DNA of 50,874 nt from Acutalibacteraceae bacterium (GCA_036311185.1 JAXJQK010000068.1:1-50874), one strand, 5' to 3'; shown: positions 30,101-38,376, counted from the first letter of the stretch. The notes: generated by a model not told the origin, from the letters alone. A program made the numbers and translations.

Positions 30101-31822
30101 ACTTTTTTGTTTTATAAGATATGCTGTTTCCTTCAATTTCATCTGATTATGACTAACCGTTGATTCAAATACGAAAGGAGACTTTTCAGATTTATTTTCT
30201 ATATATTGTTTTAATTTTTCTTTTAAATCTTCAATTCCTGAAACAACAATTGCAAGTCTTGCTTCCATTGGCTCTCTTCCGGTCTGAATAGTAAAGAAAA
30301 AGTTATCTTCGTTTACATTATTATTCGTTAAAAATGAAAGCATTTTTTCAGCATATACTTTTAACTGTTTTGTATTTTTAGCTGATAAAGTAAAAATGTT
30401 ATCTTTTCTTGATACTGAATTTCTTTTGGCTTTTTTCTCAATATATTCTTCCAATACTATATGTACATTTGTTCCGCTATAGCCAAAAGAATTAATACAA
30501 GCTCTTCTTGGCTTATCTTCGCTACTTTCCCATTTTTTTCTCTCTTTGTTTATATAAAAAGGAGACTTTTCAAAGTCAAAATGTTCATTAGGAACATCAA
30601 CATTAATTGTTGGAACCAACTCTTTATGTTGCATACATAATAATATTTTCTCGATTCCAGCAATTCCACCAGCCGCCGAAGTATGTCCTAAATTACTTTT
30701 TACAGAACCAATAGCACAAAACTTTCTCTTCTGGCTTTTTTCAGAAAATGCACCTTTTAAGGCCTCTAATTCGATAGGATCGCCTAATTTTGTTCCTGTT
30801 CCATGAAATTCAGCATATGTGATACTTTCTGGATTTATTCCTTTTTGTTCATATAACATTGTCTCCAATTTTTGTTGACTTCCTAAGCTTGGAGCAGTTA
30901 TACCATTTGTTTTTCCATCTTGATTCATACCAGATGCAATAATACAACCATAGATATGATCATGATCCCTTTCAGCATCACTTAAACGTTTCAATACCAG
31001 TGCTGCTACACCCTCTCCTGGCACAAAACCATCAGCCTCATTATCAAAGGTTTTGCACTGTCCTGTAGGAGAAAGCATTCCTGTTGCACACATACTAACA
31101 TAACTTGCAGGTGTTAAATAAAGACATGCTCCTCCAATTAATGCCATATCAATATCACCCATACACAAAGCATTCACAGCAAGATGAACACCTACCATCG
31201 ACGAAGAACAAGCAGTATCAATAGCTATAGCCGGACCTTTCAAATTAAGAAAATAAGAAATACGTGAGGCACCAATTGCATTACTATTTCCTGTAGCACT
31301 AGTAGAAGCAGAACCAAATGTAGAATAATCATCATCTACTATTCCCAAATAAACACCACATTTTTGTTCATTAAGCATTCGTCTACTATATCCAGCATCC
31401 TCAAAGGCATTATACGCTTCCTCTAAAAATAGCCTATGTTGTGGATCCATATCCTCTGCTTCTGTAGGAGTTATTTCAAAAAACATTGGATCAAAATACT
31501 CTATTCCTTCCAACATACCCATTTGTTCACAATAAATATGTCCTTCTTTTCCGATTTCAGGATCATAATATTTCTTCATATCCCATCTTGTTTTAGGAAC
31601 TTTACTTACACAATTCTTTCCTTGTGTTAAATTATCCCAGTATTCTTTCATATTATTTGAACCAGGAAAACGACCAGATATACCTACAATCGCAATTGCT
31701 TCCTCTTTCCTGACATAATCTCCAACAGGCAAAACTTTTTTCACATTACTCATTAATCTTTTTGCCTCTTCTGGTGTAATTTTTCTCTCCTTCAAATCTT
31801 GAAGTATTTCTTTTACATCCAT
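24176..31822 (-). CDS. Trans-AT PKS protein 1: docking helices-KS1-DH-KR-ACP-KS2(+ACP-like insert)-DH
   Basis: KS DTACSS/EFHGTGT/NLGH and DTMCSS/ESHGTGT/NIGH; DH DHLVHGKKVLP/VLDAAMQ and AHQVFGEKIMP/MLDSTLQ; KR GGIGGVG..DYCYAN; ACP GLES; SD AAAAGGAG. Confidence 0.95.
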   Translation of the reverse strand: MDVKEILQDLKERKITPEEAKRLMSNVKKVLPVGDYVRKEEAIAIVGISGRFPGSNNMKEYWDNLTQGKNCVSKVPKTRWDMKKYYDPEIGKEGHIYCEQMGMLEGIEYFDPMFFEITPTEAEDMDPQHRLFLEEAYNAFEDAGYSRRMLNEQKCGVYLGIVDDDYSTFGSASTSATGNSNAIGASRISYFLNLKGPAIAIDTACSSSMVGVHLAVNALCMGDIDMALIGGACLYLTPASYVSMCATGMLSPTGQCKTFDNEADGFVPGEGVAALVLKRLSDAERDHDHIYGCIIASGMNQDGKTNGITAPSLGSQQKLETMLYEQKGINPESITYAEFHGTGTKLGDPIELEALKGAFSEKSQKRKFCAIGSVKSNLGHTSAAGGIAGIEKILLCMQHKELVPTINVDVPNEHFDFEKSPFYINKERKKWESSEDKPRRACINSFGYSGTNVHIVLEEYIEKKAKRNSVSRKDNIFTLSAKNTKQLKVYAEKMLSFLTNNNVNEDNFFFTIQTGREPMEARLAIVVSGIEDLKEKLKQYIENKSEKSPFVFESTVSHNQMKLKETAYLIKQKSGKNIYSDDINVDLVKLANQWITGEIIDWANILYKDQIPYRISLPTYPYEREAFWVSSEKKEETKSYIHPLVQENISDFFSQSFQSAFTGEENFLKDHLVHGKKVLPGAAIIEMARAAASFSSTYSVTGLKNIVWMNEVVYDDCKGNLKLKLYPEENGGIVTKANFEIIDKEKQNICYSQGTVLYGDNSNITEKMMLTTLNNVKERCTFCVSGKDFYERYIDTEIQYGESFRGIYNILHNKTEAISEIKLPEFENDVDMIINPGVLDAAMQTVAVLGEAVNDGVLLPFSIDEISIFQALPKECIVYTTCLGGDKGRKYDISICTTDGILVTEIKGLYLRKIEKTQKSKINDLAFFVPKWKEKNIEHVLTDTKYHKAIVVITSNKLVVDSFNEEFTKNNLKDCFLLFNDVEKFEQPNIYSGDISNPSFWENILLEIEKKGYKTIDFAFIDLKSKIEINTQNINLYNFDVIFHLIKSLVKHKWTDGIRLYYFINNQALVSPEEQALVGMFRGIQTENKEFDFRLVEIQERVELKKHLEIIEYEDAVIEPTCYVNYSNGTRNVFSFDQIVEENKENVTIKEGGVYLIIGGIGGVGFITAEYVAKTKNVKLILTGRSSLSKDKEEKIRALTDKGVFCEYFQADITKKNDVDKLFSHIEQHYGYLNGVFHSAGVIRDALFFTKKIEEAHEVLEVKIRGTKNLDEKIGKQPLDFFVLYSSLASVFGNIGQVDYCYANSFMDNFAYKRNLLVQKGYRHGKTISINWPFWEKGGMDIDNESKLWMEKAVGLLPIGSKTGIQALEFALKSNESQVMVFYGDVKKAIDVMQDSGDVLIKNIKVDNDSSASHSDMNEDELKEKTIEYFLDVISKETKIKKSKLDIEASFLDFGLESILALSITRKLEPTFGNLSKTIFFECTCIKELAEYFLENYKDVLISEFSDETELPQDASVEIVEKKSTRLLTQIQENTNHTKEVEDIAVIGLSGKYPMADNVDEFWDNLVKGRDCIIEISKERWDNEAIFNPNKNSIGTTYSKWGGFINDVDKFDPLFFNIPPVEAEFLDPQVRLYLESAWHAMEDAGYTRESLSKSKVGVFVGVMYGMYQLFNGEIHNQVVPASSSYAAIANRVSYFFDFKGPSIATDTMCSSSLTALHLACESIKRGESEVAFVGGVNLSIHQNKYLLLSFGKFASTDGRCKSFGQDGDGYVPGEGVGTVILKPLSQAVKDKDQIYGVIKGSAINSGGRTSGFTVPSPVSQSEVIKEALSNANVTPDSISYIESHGTGTSLGDPIEIDGLKKAYKDSNLKLQSCAVGALKSNIGHLEGASGLAGLTKILLQLKYQKLVPSLHSKNLNPYIDFKNSPFYVQHKYEDWKEKSYIENGIEKKIRRAGISCFGAGGANAHVIVEEYKNQENKLNFYNDEKQLYVFSAKNEERLSEYVDSYIKFLKTDSKRGLYLETLVNIFAEEIGVPVSEIDSEFDFREYGICLSSCTKLQNWLIQEKGLEIDLDALNNIWNIQNLVDYILEEDNKIEFSTAFSGRQIAYMLQVGREAMEERLAIIAYDLKELVQKLTLWKQGIRNQNNIFFGNVFDYKGELKDILKKSQQKFTIDEMLKNNNWEELAKLWTIGAKINWNVLYEEDSPQKISLPVYPFSKERYWVSCNQKTETISGIDDKCSRISPVLHKNISDIYGLKFSSDFTGKEHFLEAHQVFGEKIMPAAACVELVLVGVRTIVPSITNQENVILKNVVWINPATASEDGLNIEVKFDVVQEKELNFQIYNSQDKKLIYCRGSVEISSKKENKKYEIQTFLNSISMKSVESSVIYDYFKSNGITYGKYMQGIELLYKGENRVISKLNANESNNDDYYINPVMLDSTLQSAIGFTEISETKSNVGEQSKLAPLPFAFDSMEIYEPCQEHMWSCLELEENNSNSQFRKMNIVLINQDGYACAKISNMIFKNKNSESSIPTPNSDDCKIYIPKWKKEEIL

Positions 31823-32033
31823 ATTACTAATACTCCTTTTCTAAATATAATTCAATTATTCAGATAAAATAATCGTAAACAACTCGCCATCAATGTTGTT
31901 TTATGCAATTTCTCTGTAATCTTCTAATTTATATATACAATTATCCAAATATATTTTTGTACCTTTGTGTAATTATTTCTCCATTTCTTCTTTATAAACT
32001 TGACTTTTTTTGGGTATTTTCACTATTTAAGTA

Positions 32034-32042
32034 ATTATAACA
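32034..32042 (-). promoter_or_regulatory. Candidate extended -10 promoter of the PKS operon
   Basis: Minus strand TGTTATAAT ~210 nt upstream of the PKS1 ATG; poor -35. Confidence 0.45.
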
Positions 32043-32139
32043 CACTTCTGAAAAATATTCCATAGTTTAATTAATGTTTAACGCTAAAAAAATATTTATT
32101 TTGACATATCTTTATTTAAATCAATCATTTTTTCAGTAT

Positions 32140-32283
32140 TATGATTTTGTATTTTTTATATATACTTCTGTATCCTCCTTTTCCATTGCCGCTTTTTCTT
32201 AAATTCATAACTATATTTCTGCCATAAAAATACCGACCTCCAAAAGCTAGTTTTTTAGGTCTAACTTTTTGGGGGTCGGTTCA
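32140..32283 (-). pseudogene. IS3/IS150-family left end with decayed orfA
   Basis: TGAACCGACCCCCAAAAAGTTAGAC terminus, hairpin over GGAGG, then ATG GCA G|AAA TAT AGT TAT GAA TTT AAG AAA (MA-KYSYEFKK after a frameshift) and GGYRSI in another frame. Confidence 0.75.
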
Positions 32284-32308
32284 TAATAACACTATCTGCA
32301 ATTTATAT

Positions 32309-32485
32309 ATTAGCAAGGTCAATTATGCTTTAACCAAAATTTATTAATAATAAAAGTGTACGATTTTTACCTCAAATAATATTCCGTTTCCATAAATTTG
32401 TTCATTTTTTCTTCTTAATTGTAAATATTTAGGTTGTTGTGAGAATGTCTATAATTTTGATTAAATATATAACTGACCTTGTAAT
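32309..32485. repeat. ~35-bp imperfect inverted repeat pair ~105 bp apart
   Basis: attagcaaggtcaattatgctttaaccaaaatttat vs reverse complement of ataattttgattaaatatataactgaccttgtaat. Confidence 0.55.
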
Positions 32486-32584
32486 TGCCTTGATTTATTG
32501 TGTCTATAATACCACATACCTATATAAATCAAAATTATCTTTTGTGCAAAATTAGAGTAATTATTTTTACAAAAATTGCAAAAT

Positions 32585-32621
32585 AAACAGGTATTCAGAA
32601 AATTCATCTGAATACCTGTTT
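32585..32621 (-). terminator. Rho-independent terminator after the HTH gene
   Basis: aaacaggtattcaga / tctgaatacctgttt perfect 15-bp stem. Confidence 0.8.
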
Positions 32622-32630
32622 TAAAAAACA

Positions 32631-33140
32631 TTATCTATTTTTCAATGCATTATATTTTTCTAAATTAATTTTATTCTCAGCAATCATCTGCTCTGTCCAT
32701 AATTGTAGAGTTTCAATAGTTATAGAAATTCGCTCAAGCTCATTTTGAATGTAGATAAAATCTTCCAGCTCTTCATCATCTATTTTTCCATCAGCTGTTA
32801 TTTCAATTAGCTTTTCTTGATTTCTTTTCATTGTATTTAATGATGCAAGCATCTCTAAAACTATTTGAGATAAATCCTTTACTTTAATTTCAGGTACATA
32901 TTTTTTACCGATAGGACACTCATTTGAACAATAATAATTGCAAAGCTGAGGTAAATTATACCCCTTTGACATTGCAAGTATATCATCAGGGTGAACTGCT
33001 GTTTTGCCGTTCTCAATTCTCTCAATACGCTCTGGTGGAATTGTAACCAGCTTTTCACTGGCTTTTTCTCGTGACCACCCTAATTCCTCTCTTGTAAGCT
33101 GATATACACTTTTATTTTCCTTAGTAGAAATCTTCCCCAC
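32631..33140 (-). CDS. XRE-family helix-turn-helix protein
   Basis: REELGWSREKASE...IERIENG HTH, followed by CNYYCSNECPIG; GTG start after AGGGGG. Confidence 0.85.
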   Translation of the reverse strand: MGKISTKENKSVYQLTREELGWSREKASEKLVTIPPERIERIENGKTAVHPDDILAMSKGYNLPQLCNYYCSNECPIGKKYVPEIKVKDLSQIVLEMLASLNTMKRNQEKLIEITADGKIDDEELEDFIYIQNELERISITIETLQLWTEQMIAENKINLEKYNALKNR

Positions 33141-33207
33141 AAAATAGCCCCCTAAAACTTTATATGTGAATTATAGCATATATTTTTCTGGAAATAAAGG
33201 GGAGAGG

Positions 33208-33813
33208 TTATAATTCTTCTGTTTTAAAGGTATTATAGTCCTCGTAATAATAGCTATGGTCAATACCTTTCATAAACATTTCACGGTCGTTTATTTTATC
33301 GGTTAAAGCGTTTTTTAGTATATATTTGATTTCGATATCCCTAATAGGGCTACGCTCCATAGCAAGCAGATAGTCTTCCTTGTCTACTTTACTCCAATCC
33401 ACAACCATACATATTTCTTTTTTCAATATACAATCAAGCCAAATGCGAGTTGCCCTACCATTACCCTCACGAAAAGGGTGGGCTATATTCATTTCTACAT
33501 ACTTTTCAATAATCTCATCAAAATTTGATTGAGGCATTTTATCTATGTTATCAAGAGCAACATCGAGGTACATCAAAGGTGCAAATCTAAAATTACCTTT
33601 TGCAATGTTTACCTTACGAATTTCACCTGCGAAATCATATATATCCTCAAAAAGATACTTATGAATAAATTTAAGCGAAACAAATCTGCCAGCTTCCAAT
33701 TTATCAAGCATTCCCTTTTCAAATAATTCTAAGGCTTTCTTTTTACTAATTCTTTCTTCTTCTCGTTGTAAGTCAGCAGGTAATGTAATTCTGAGTTTAT
33801 TGTCTAGCACCAT
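33208..33813 (-). CDS. fic: Fic-domain protein adenylyltransferase, class III type
   Basis: HPFREGNGRATR Fic motif; C-terminal SYYYE inhibitory helix. Confidence 0.92.
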   Translation of the reverse strand: MVLDNKLRITLPADLQREEERISKKKALELFEKGMLDKLEAGRFVSLKFIHKYLFEDIYDFAGEIRKVNIAKGNFRFAPLMYLDVALDNIDKMPQSNFDEIIEKYVEMNIAHPFREGNGRATRIWLDCILKKEICMVVDWSKVDKEDYLLAMERSPIRDIEIKYILKNALTDKINDREMFMKGIDHSYYYEDYNTFKTEEL

Positions 33814-34011
33814 ATCACCTCTTTCAATATAGTTTCCATTATATCATTCAATTAGTTGATTTACAATATAAAAAACACATTAGATTCGTTACTATGATTA
33901 TTGTTTCTAAGTAGTAAAATGATTTTTTACTAAAGAGTTATTCAAGTTTAAACATTCTCTAAGAATATTTAACAAAAAAGCAAAAATCAGTCACATTCTA
34001 TTAGAATCTAA

Positions 34012-34040
34012 TTGACTTTTTTGTAGATTTGTGTTATAAT
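34012..34040 (+). promoter_or_regulatory. Sigma-A promoter of the DUF262 gene
   Basis: TTGACT-17 nt-TATAAT with TGn extension; GGAGG SD before ATG 34074. Confidence 0.75.
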
Positions 34041-34073
34041 TAATTTATAAATTAATTATACGGAGGAATTAAA

Positions 34074-35255
34074 ATGTTAGAACAAATGAATTTTTCAAAT
34101 GCTTCAGTACCTGTTACATCAGTACTCAATAGTATTAACACTGTAAATTTCGGAGGATTAGACTTACAACCTTCTTATCAACGTGGTTATGTTTGGAAAG
34201 ATGATTTTAAAGACAAATTAATTTATAGTATTGTTAAATCCTATCCTACTGGCAATATCAGTGTTAGAGTATTGAAAAACCCTAATGCTAAAGGTGCTAG
34301 AACTGAAGTCGTTGATGGACAACAACGTTTGACAACTATTCGTGATTTTGTATCCAACCAGTATATAATAAAAAGCGAATGGTCAAGACGAATTATAGAG
34401 GTTATTCACAATTATTATCAAACTGCTAAAGTTCAAGATGATGTTGTAGAAAAATTAGTAAAAAAATTAGAGAACAAAGGAAATATTCGACTTAAATATA
34501 GCGACTTACCAACTATTATACAAGGAAATATCAGTTCTTATAATATTCCTATGACTTATATAGCAGAAGCTACCGATCAACAAATTAGAGAATATTTTAG
34601 ATTTTTGCAAAATCAAGAACGATTAAGAGCTGGAGAAATAATAAATTCTATGCCAGCTACGAATTTAGAAGTTTTTTTAGAACGTATAAATCATAAAAAT
34701 TTATTTCTTGATATAATAGGTTTTTCAGATAATAGAGCTGAATTTGAAAAAATTTTTTATAGCATAATCGGTTTATTTGATTCTAAAATATCTTTTGGAA
34801 CGACAGATAAATTTATTCAAAGTTATGCTGCGAAAGCAGATACTCCATCAGTAGGATTAGAAAGAACCAATAGAATGGTTGAACAAATTAACGCCATACT
34901 ATCTGTTGAAAAAATAATATTAAGTAATACAAGAAAAAGATTTCTTAAGTACTTACTATTGTTAGCTGGTTTAGGGTATGTTGATTTTAATGATTCTGTA
35001 GAGGAAAAGTTAAAAAAGCTAAAAAATATAGATGATAAATTTTCAGTGTTTTTTTCAGCAAAAGCCAATGTTGTTGAACAAGAATATGCTGAATATTCTA
35101 ATGCAGTCATTGAAGAAATGCGATTAATTGCTTTATTAACAAAAGGTGGTCATCCTTTGACACGTGTAGAAAATAGAATGAAAATGTTAGCTTACTATGT
35201 AAATAATCAAAACACAAATAAAGTTCCATCAGGAATTAAACTGATTGAAGAATAA
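34074..35255 (+). CDS. DUF262 (GmrS/ParB-like) domain protein, putative defence
   Basis: PSYQRGYVW, VVDGQQRLTT and F..LQ..ERL motifs. Confidence 0.85.
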   Translation: MLEQMNFSNASVPVTSVLNSINTVNFGGLDLQPSYQRGYVWKDDFKDKLIYSIVKSYPTGNISVRVLKNPNAKGARTEVVDGQQRLTTIRDFVSNQYIIKSEWSRRIIEVIHNYYQTAKVQDDVVEKLVKKLENKGNIRLKYSDLPTIIQGNISSYNIPMTYIAEATDQQIREYFRFLQNQERLRAGEIINSMPATNLEVFLERINHKNLFLDIIGFSDNRAEFEKIFYSIIGLFDSKISFGTTDKFIQSYAAKADTPSVGLERTNRMVEQINAILSVEKIILSNTRKRFLKYLLLLAGLGYVDFNDSVEEKLKKLKNIDDKFSVFFSAKANVVEQEYAEYSNAVIEEMRLIALLTKGGHPLTRVENRMKMLAYYVNNQNTNKVPSGIKLIEE

Positions 35256-35274
35256 ATGAAAAATAAAAATACAT

Positions 35275-35308
35275 AAAAAACGGGCGAACCATTTGGTTCG
35301 CCCGAAAA
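35275..35308. terminator. Terminator between convergent DUF262 and ppdK genes
   Basis: cgggcgaacc-attt-ggttcgcccg, U-tract on the minus strand. Confidence 0.85.
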
Positions 35309-35340
35309 TTATTTATATAATTTTTTATAATTAAAGCAAA

Positions 35341-37986
35341 TTACTTGCTTGCCTTCTCTTTAAGAGCAGCCTGTGCAGCAGCTAGTCTAGCGATTGGCAC
35401 TCTGAATGGAGAACAAGATACATAGTCTAGGCCTACGAAGTGGCAGAACTCAACTGATGAAGGATCTCCACCGTGCTCACCACAGATACCTAGCTTAATG
35501 TCAGGTCTTGTTGACTTACCAAGCTCAGCAGCCATCTTAACTAGTTTACCAACACCTGTCTGGTCTAGCTTAGCAAATGGATCTGACTCGTAGATCTTTG
35601 TGTCATAGTAAGCGTCTAGGAACTTACCAGCGTCATCACGGCTGAAGCCGAATGTCATCTGTGTAAGGTCGTTAGTACCAAAGCTGAAGAACTCAGCCTC
35701 TTTAGCGATCTCGTCAGCTGTTAGAGCAGCTCTTGGGATCTCGATCATTGTACCAACCTTGTAATCCATAGTTACGCCAGCCTCAGCGATAATCTTATCA
35801 GCTGTTGTTGTAACTACATCCTTAACATACTTAAGCTCTTTGATCTCGCCTACAAGTGGAATCATAATCTCAGGTACGATGTTGTACTCTGGGTTCTCTT
35901 TGTTAACAACGATAGCAGCATTGATAACAGCAGTTGTCTGCATAGCTGCGATCTCTGGGTATGTTACAGCAAGACGGCAACCACGGTGACCCATCATTGG
36001 GTTGAACTCGTGTAGACCAGAGATGATTTCCTTTAGGTGCTCAACTGTGATGTTCATTTCACCAGCTAGCTCGTTGATATCCTCTTCCTTTGTAGGAACG
36101 AACTCGTGTAGAGGTGGATCTAGGAATCTGATTGTCATTGGACGACCCTCAAGAACTCTGTACATCTCCTCGAAGTCACCCTGCTGTAGAGGCATAATCT
36201 TAGCAAGAGCCTTCTCTCTCTCTTCAACAGTCTCAGAAACGATCATCTCACGGATAGCCTTAATTCTGTCACCCTCGAAGAACATATGCTCTGTACGGCA
36301 AAGACCGATACCCTCAGCACCAAACTTAACAGCCTGAGCTGTATCTCTTGGGTTATCAGCGTTTGTTCTAACCTTTAGTGTTCTAGCAGCATCAGCCCAG
36401 CTCATAAATCTGTCGAAGTCACCAACAATAGCAGCCTCAGCAGTAGCAATAGCCTCGCCGTAGATGTCACCTGTTGAACCGTTTAGAGAAATGTAGTCGC
36501 CCTCTTTGATTGTCATACCACCAAGAGTAAACTGCTTAGCTTCCTCATTGATTGTGATTTCACCACAACCAGATACGCAACAAGTACCCATACCACGAGC
36601 AACAACAGCAGCGTGAGATGTCATACCACCACGAACTGTTAGGATACCCTCAGCAGCGTTCATACCCTCGATATCCTCTGGTGATGTTTCTAGTCTTACA
36701 AGAACAACCTTGTCGCCGTTCTCAGCCCACTCTTTAGCGTCTTCAGCTGTAAATACAACCTTACCGCAAGCAGCACCTGGAGAAGCAGCAAGACCCTTAC
36801 CGATTGGAGTAGCCTTCTTTAGAGCAGCAGCGTCAAACTGTGGGTGTAGTAGAGCGTCAAGCTGCTTTGGCTCAACTCTTAGTACAGCCTCTTCCTCAGA
36901 AATCATACCCTCGTCAACTAGGTCAACAGCAATCTTTAGAGCAGCAGCAGCTGTTCTCTTACCATTTCTTGTCTGTAGCATATAAAGCTTACCGTTCTCG
37001 ATAGTAAACTCCATATCCTGCATATCTCTATAGTGATTTTCTAGCTTGTTAGCAATCTCAACAAACTGGTTGTAAACCTCTGGCATCTCCTCAGCTAGCT
37101 TGTCGATTGTGCTTGGTGTTCTAACACCAGCAACAACGTCCTCACCCTGAGCGTTGATTAGGTACTCACCAAATAGAGCCTTCTCACCAGTAGCTGGGTC
37201 ACGAGTAAATGCAACACCTGTACCAGAATTCTCATTTAGGTTACCAAATACCATTGGCTGTACGTTTACAGCAGTACCCCATGAATATGGAATATCGTTC
37301 ATTCTTCTGTAAACATTTGCACGAGGGTTGTCCCATGAACGGAATACAGCCTTAACAGCAGCCATTAGCTGTGCCTTAGGATCAACTGGGAAGTCCTCAC
37401 CCTTCTGCTCCTTGTAGTAATCCTTAAATAGAACTACAAGCTTCTTCATATCTTCAGCATCAAGCTCGATATCGTCCTTAACGCCCTTCTGCTCTTTTAA
37501 CTCGTCGATGATAACCTCAAAACGCTTCTTTGAAATTTCCATAACAACGTCTGAGAACATCTGGATGAAACGACGGTATGAGTCGTATACGAATCTCTCA
37601 AACTTAGGGTCTGGGTTACCAGCGATAAGACCAGCAACAACCTCGTCATTCAAACCTAGGTTTAGGATTGTGTCCATCATACCTGGCATTGAAGCTCTTG
37701 CACCTGAACGAACAGATACTAGAAGTGGATTCTTAGCGTCACCAAACTTCTTCTCGTTGATTTTCTCAACTTCAGCTAGTGCAGTATAAATCTGCTCTTC
37801 GATGTCGCTAGCGATTTTTTTGCCGTCCTCGTAGTAACGAGTACAAGCCTCTGTTGAAACAGTAAAGCCCTGTGGAACTGGCATACCAAGCTTTGTCATA
37901 CCAGCTAGGTTAGCACCCTTACCACCAAGAAGCTCTCTCATTGTTTCATTACCCTCAGAGAAAAGATAAACATACTTTTGGCTCAT
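35341..37986 (-). CDS. ppdK: Pyruvate, phosphate dikinase
   Basis: LLGGKGANL, SVRSGARASMPGMMDT, GGMTSHAAVVAR phospho-His, GICGEHGG. Confidence 0.98.
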   Translation of the reverse strand: MSQKYVYLFSEGNETMRELLGGKGANLAGMTKLGMPVPQGFTVSTEACTRYYEDGKKIASDIEEQIYTALAEVEKINEKKFGDAKNPLLVSVRSGARASMPGMMDTILNLGLNDEVVAGLIAGNPDPKFERFVYDSYRRFIQMFSDVVMEISKKRFEVIIDELKEQKGVKDDIELDAEDMKKLVVLFKDYYKEQKGEDFPVDPKAQLMAAVKAVFRSWDNPRANVYRRMNDIPYSWGTAVNVQPMVFGNLNENSGTGVAFTRDPATGEKALFGEYLINAQGEDVVAGVRTPSTIDKLAEEMPEVYNQFVEIANKLENHYRDMQDMEFTIENGKLYMLQTRNGKRTAAAALKIAVDLVDEGMISEEEAVLRVEPKQLDALLHPQFDAAALKKATPIGKGLAASPGAACGKVVFTAEDAKEWAENGDKVVLVRLETSPEDIEGMNAAEGILTVRGGMTSHAAVVARGMGTCCVSGCGEITINEEAKQFTLGGMTIKEGDYISLNGSTGDIYGEAIATAEAAIVGDFDRFMSWADAARTLKVRTNADNPRDTAQAVKFGAEGIGLCRTEHMFFEGDRIKAIREMIVSETVEEREKALAKIMPLQQGDFEEMYRVLEGRPMTIRFLDPPLHEFVPTKEEDINELAGEMNITVEHLKEIISGLHEFNPMMGHRGCRLAVTYPEIAAMQTTAVINAAIVVNKENPEYNIVPEIMIPLVGEIKELKYVKDVVTTTADKIIAEAGVTMDYKVGTMIEIPRAALTADEIAKEAEFFSFGTNDLTQMTFGFSRDDAGKFLDAYYDTKIYESDPFAKLDQTGVGKLVKMAAELGKSTRPDIKLGICGEHGGDPSSVEFCHFVGLDYVSCSPFRVPIARLAAAQAALKEKASK

Positions 37987-38376
37987 TGGAATAGATACCT
38001 CCTGAAAAATAAATTCATCACTGCTGAATATTCAACAGTGCATAATTTGCTGACTTTATTTATAAGTCTAGTAGTTATTATATCAAATGTTTTTCTAAAT
38101 TTCCATACCTTTTCTTTATTTTCGTATAAGATTTTCATTTTTTTTAATAAATATTCGATATACAAAAGCAAAAAGAAACTAATTATTATTTAATAAACGA
38201 AAAATTTACTGTTAAAAACGATAAATTTATATTTTTGTGTCGAAAAGGGTTGAAAAAATTTCTAACTATGAGATAATATATACAATTGAAATATTTAATG
38301 GATTTTTATGCTTGAATTTCCATTGTTTCTTTAATAAAGACTATAATTCAATATAGAACAAACGGAGGAAATACTT

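Noticed and set aside
5927..31630. Many short ORFs overlapping the PKS genes, mostly antisense
   Set aside because: Shadow ORFs with no recognisable motifs
31823..32140. Small loading ACP or leader ORF upstream of PKS1
   Set aside because: No ORF of 60 aa or more and no GxDS motif found by eye
32631..35255. HTH-Fic-DUF262 as one toxin-antitoxin or defence operon
   Set aside because: DUF262 is divergent with its own promoter, and the Fic is self-inhibited class III, so no linkage is supported beyond adjacency
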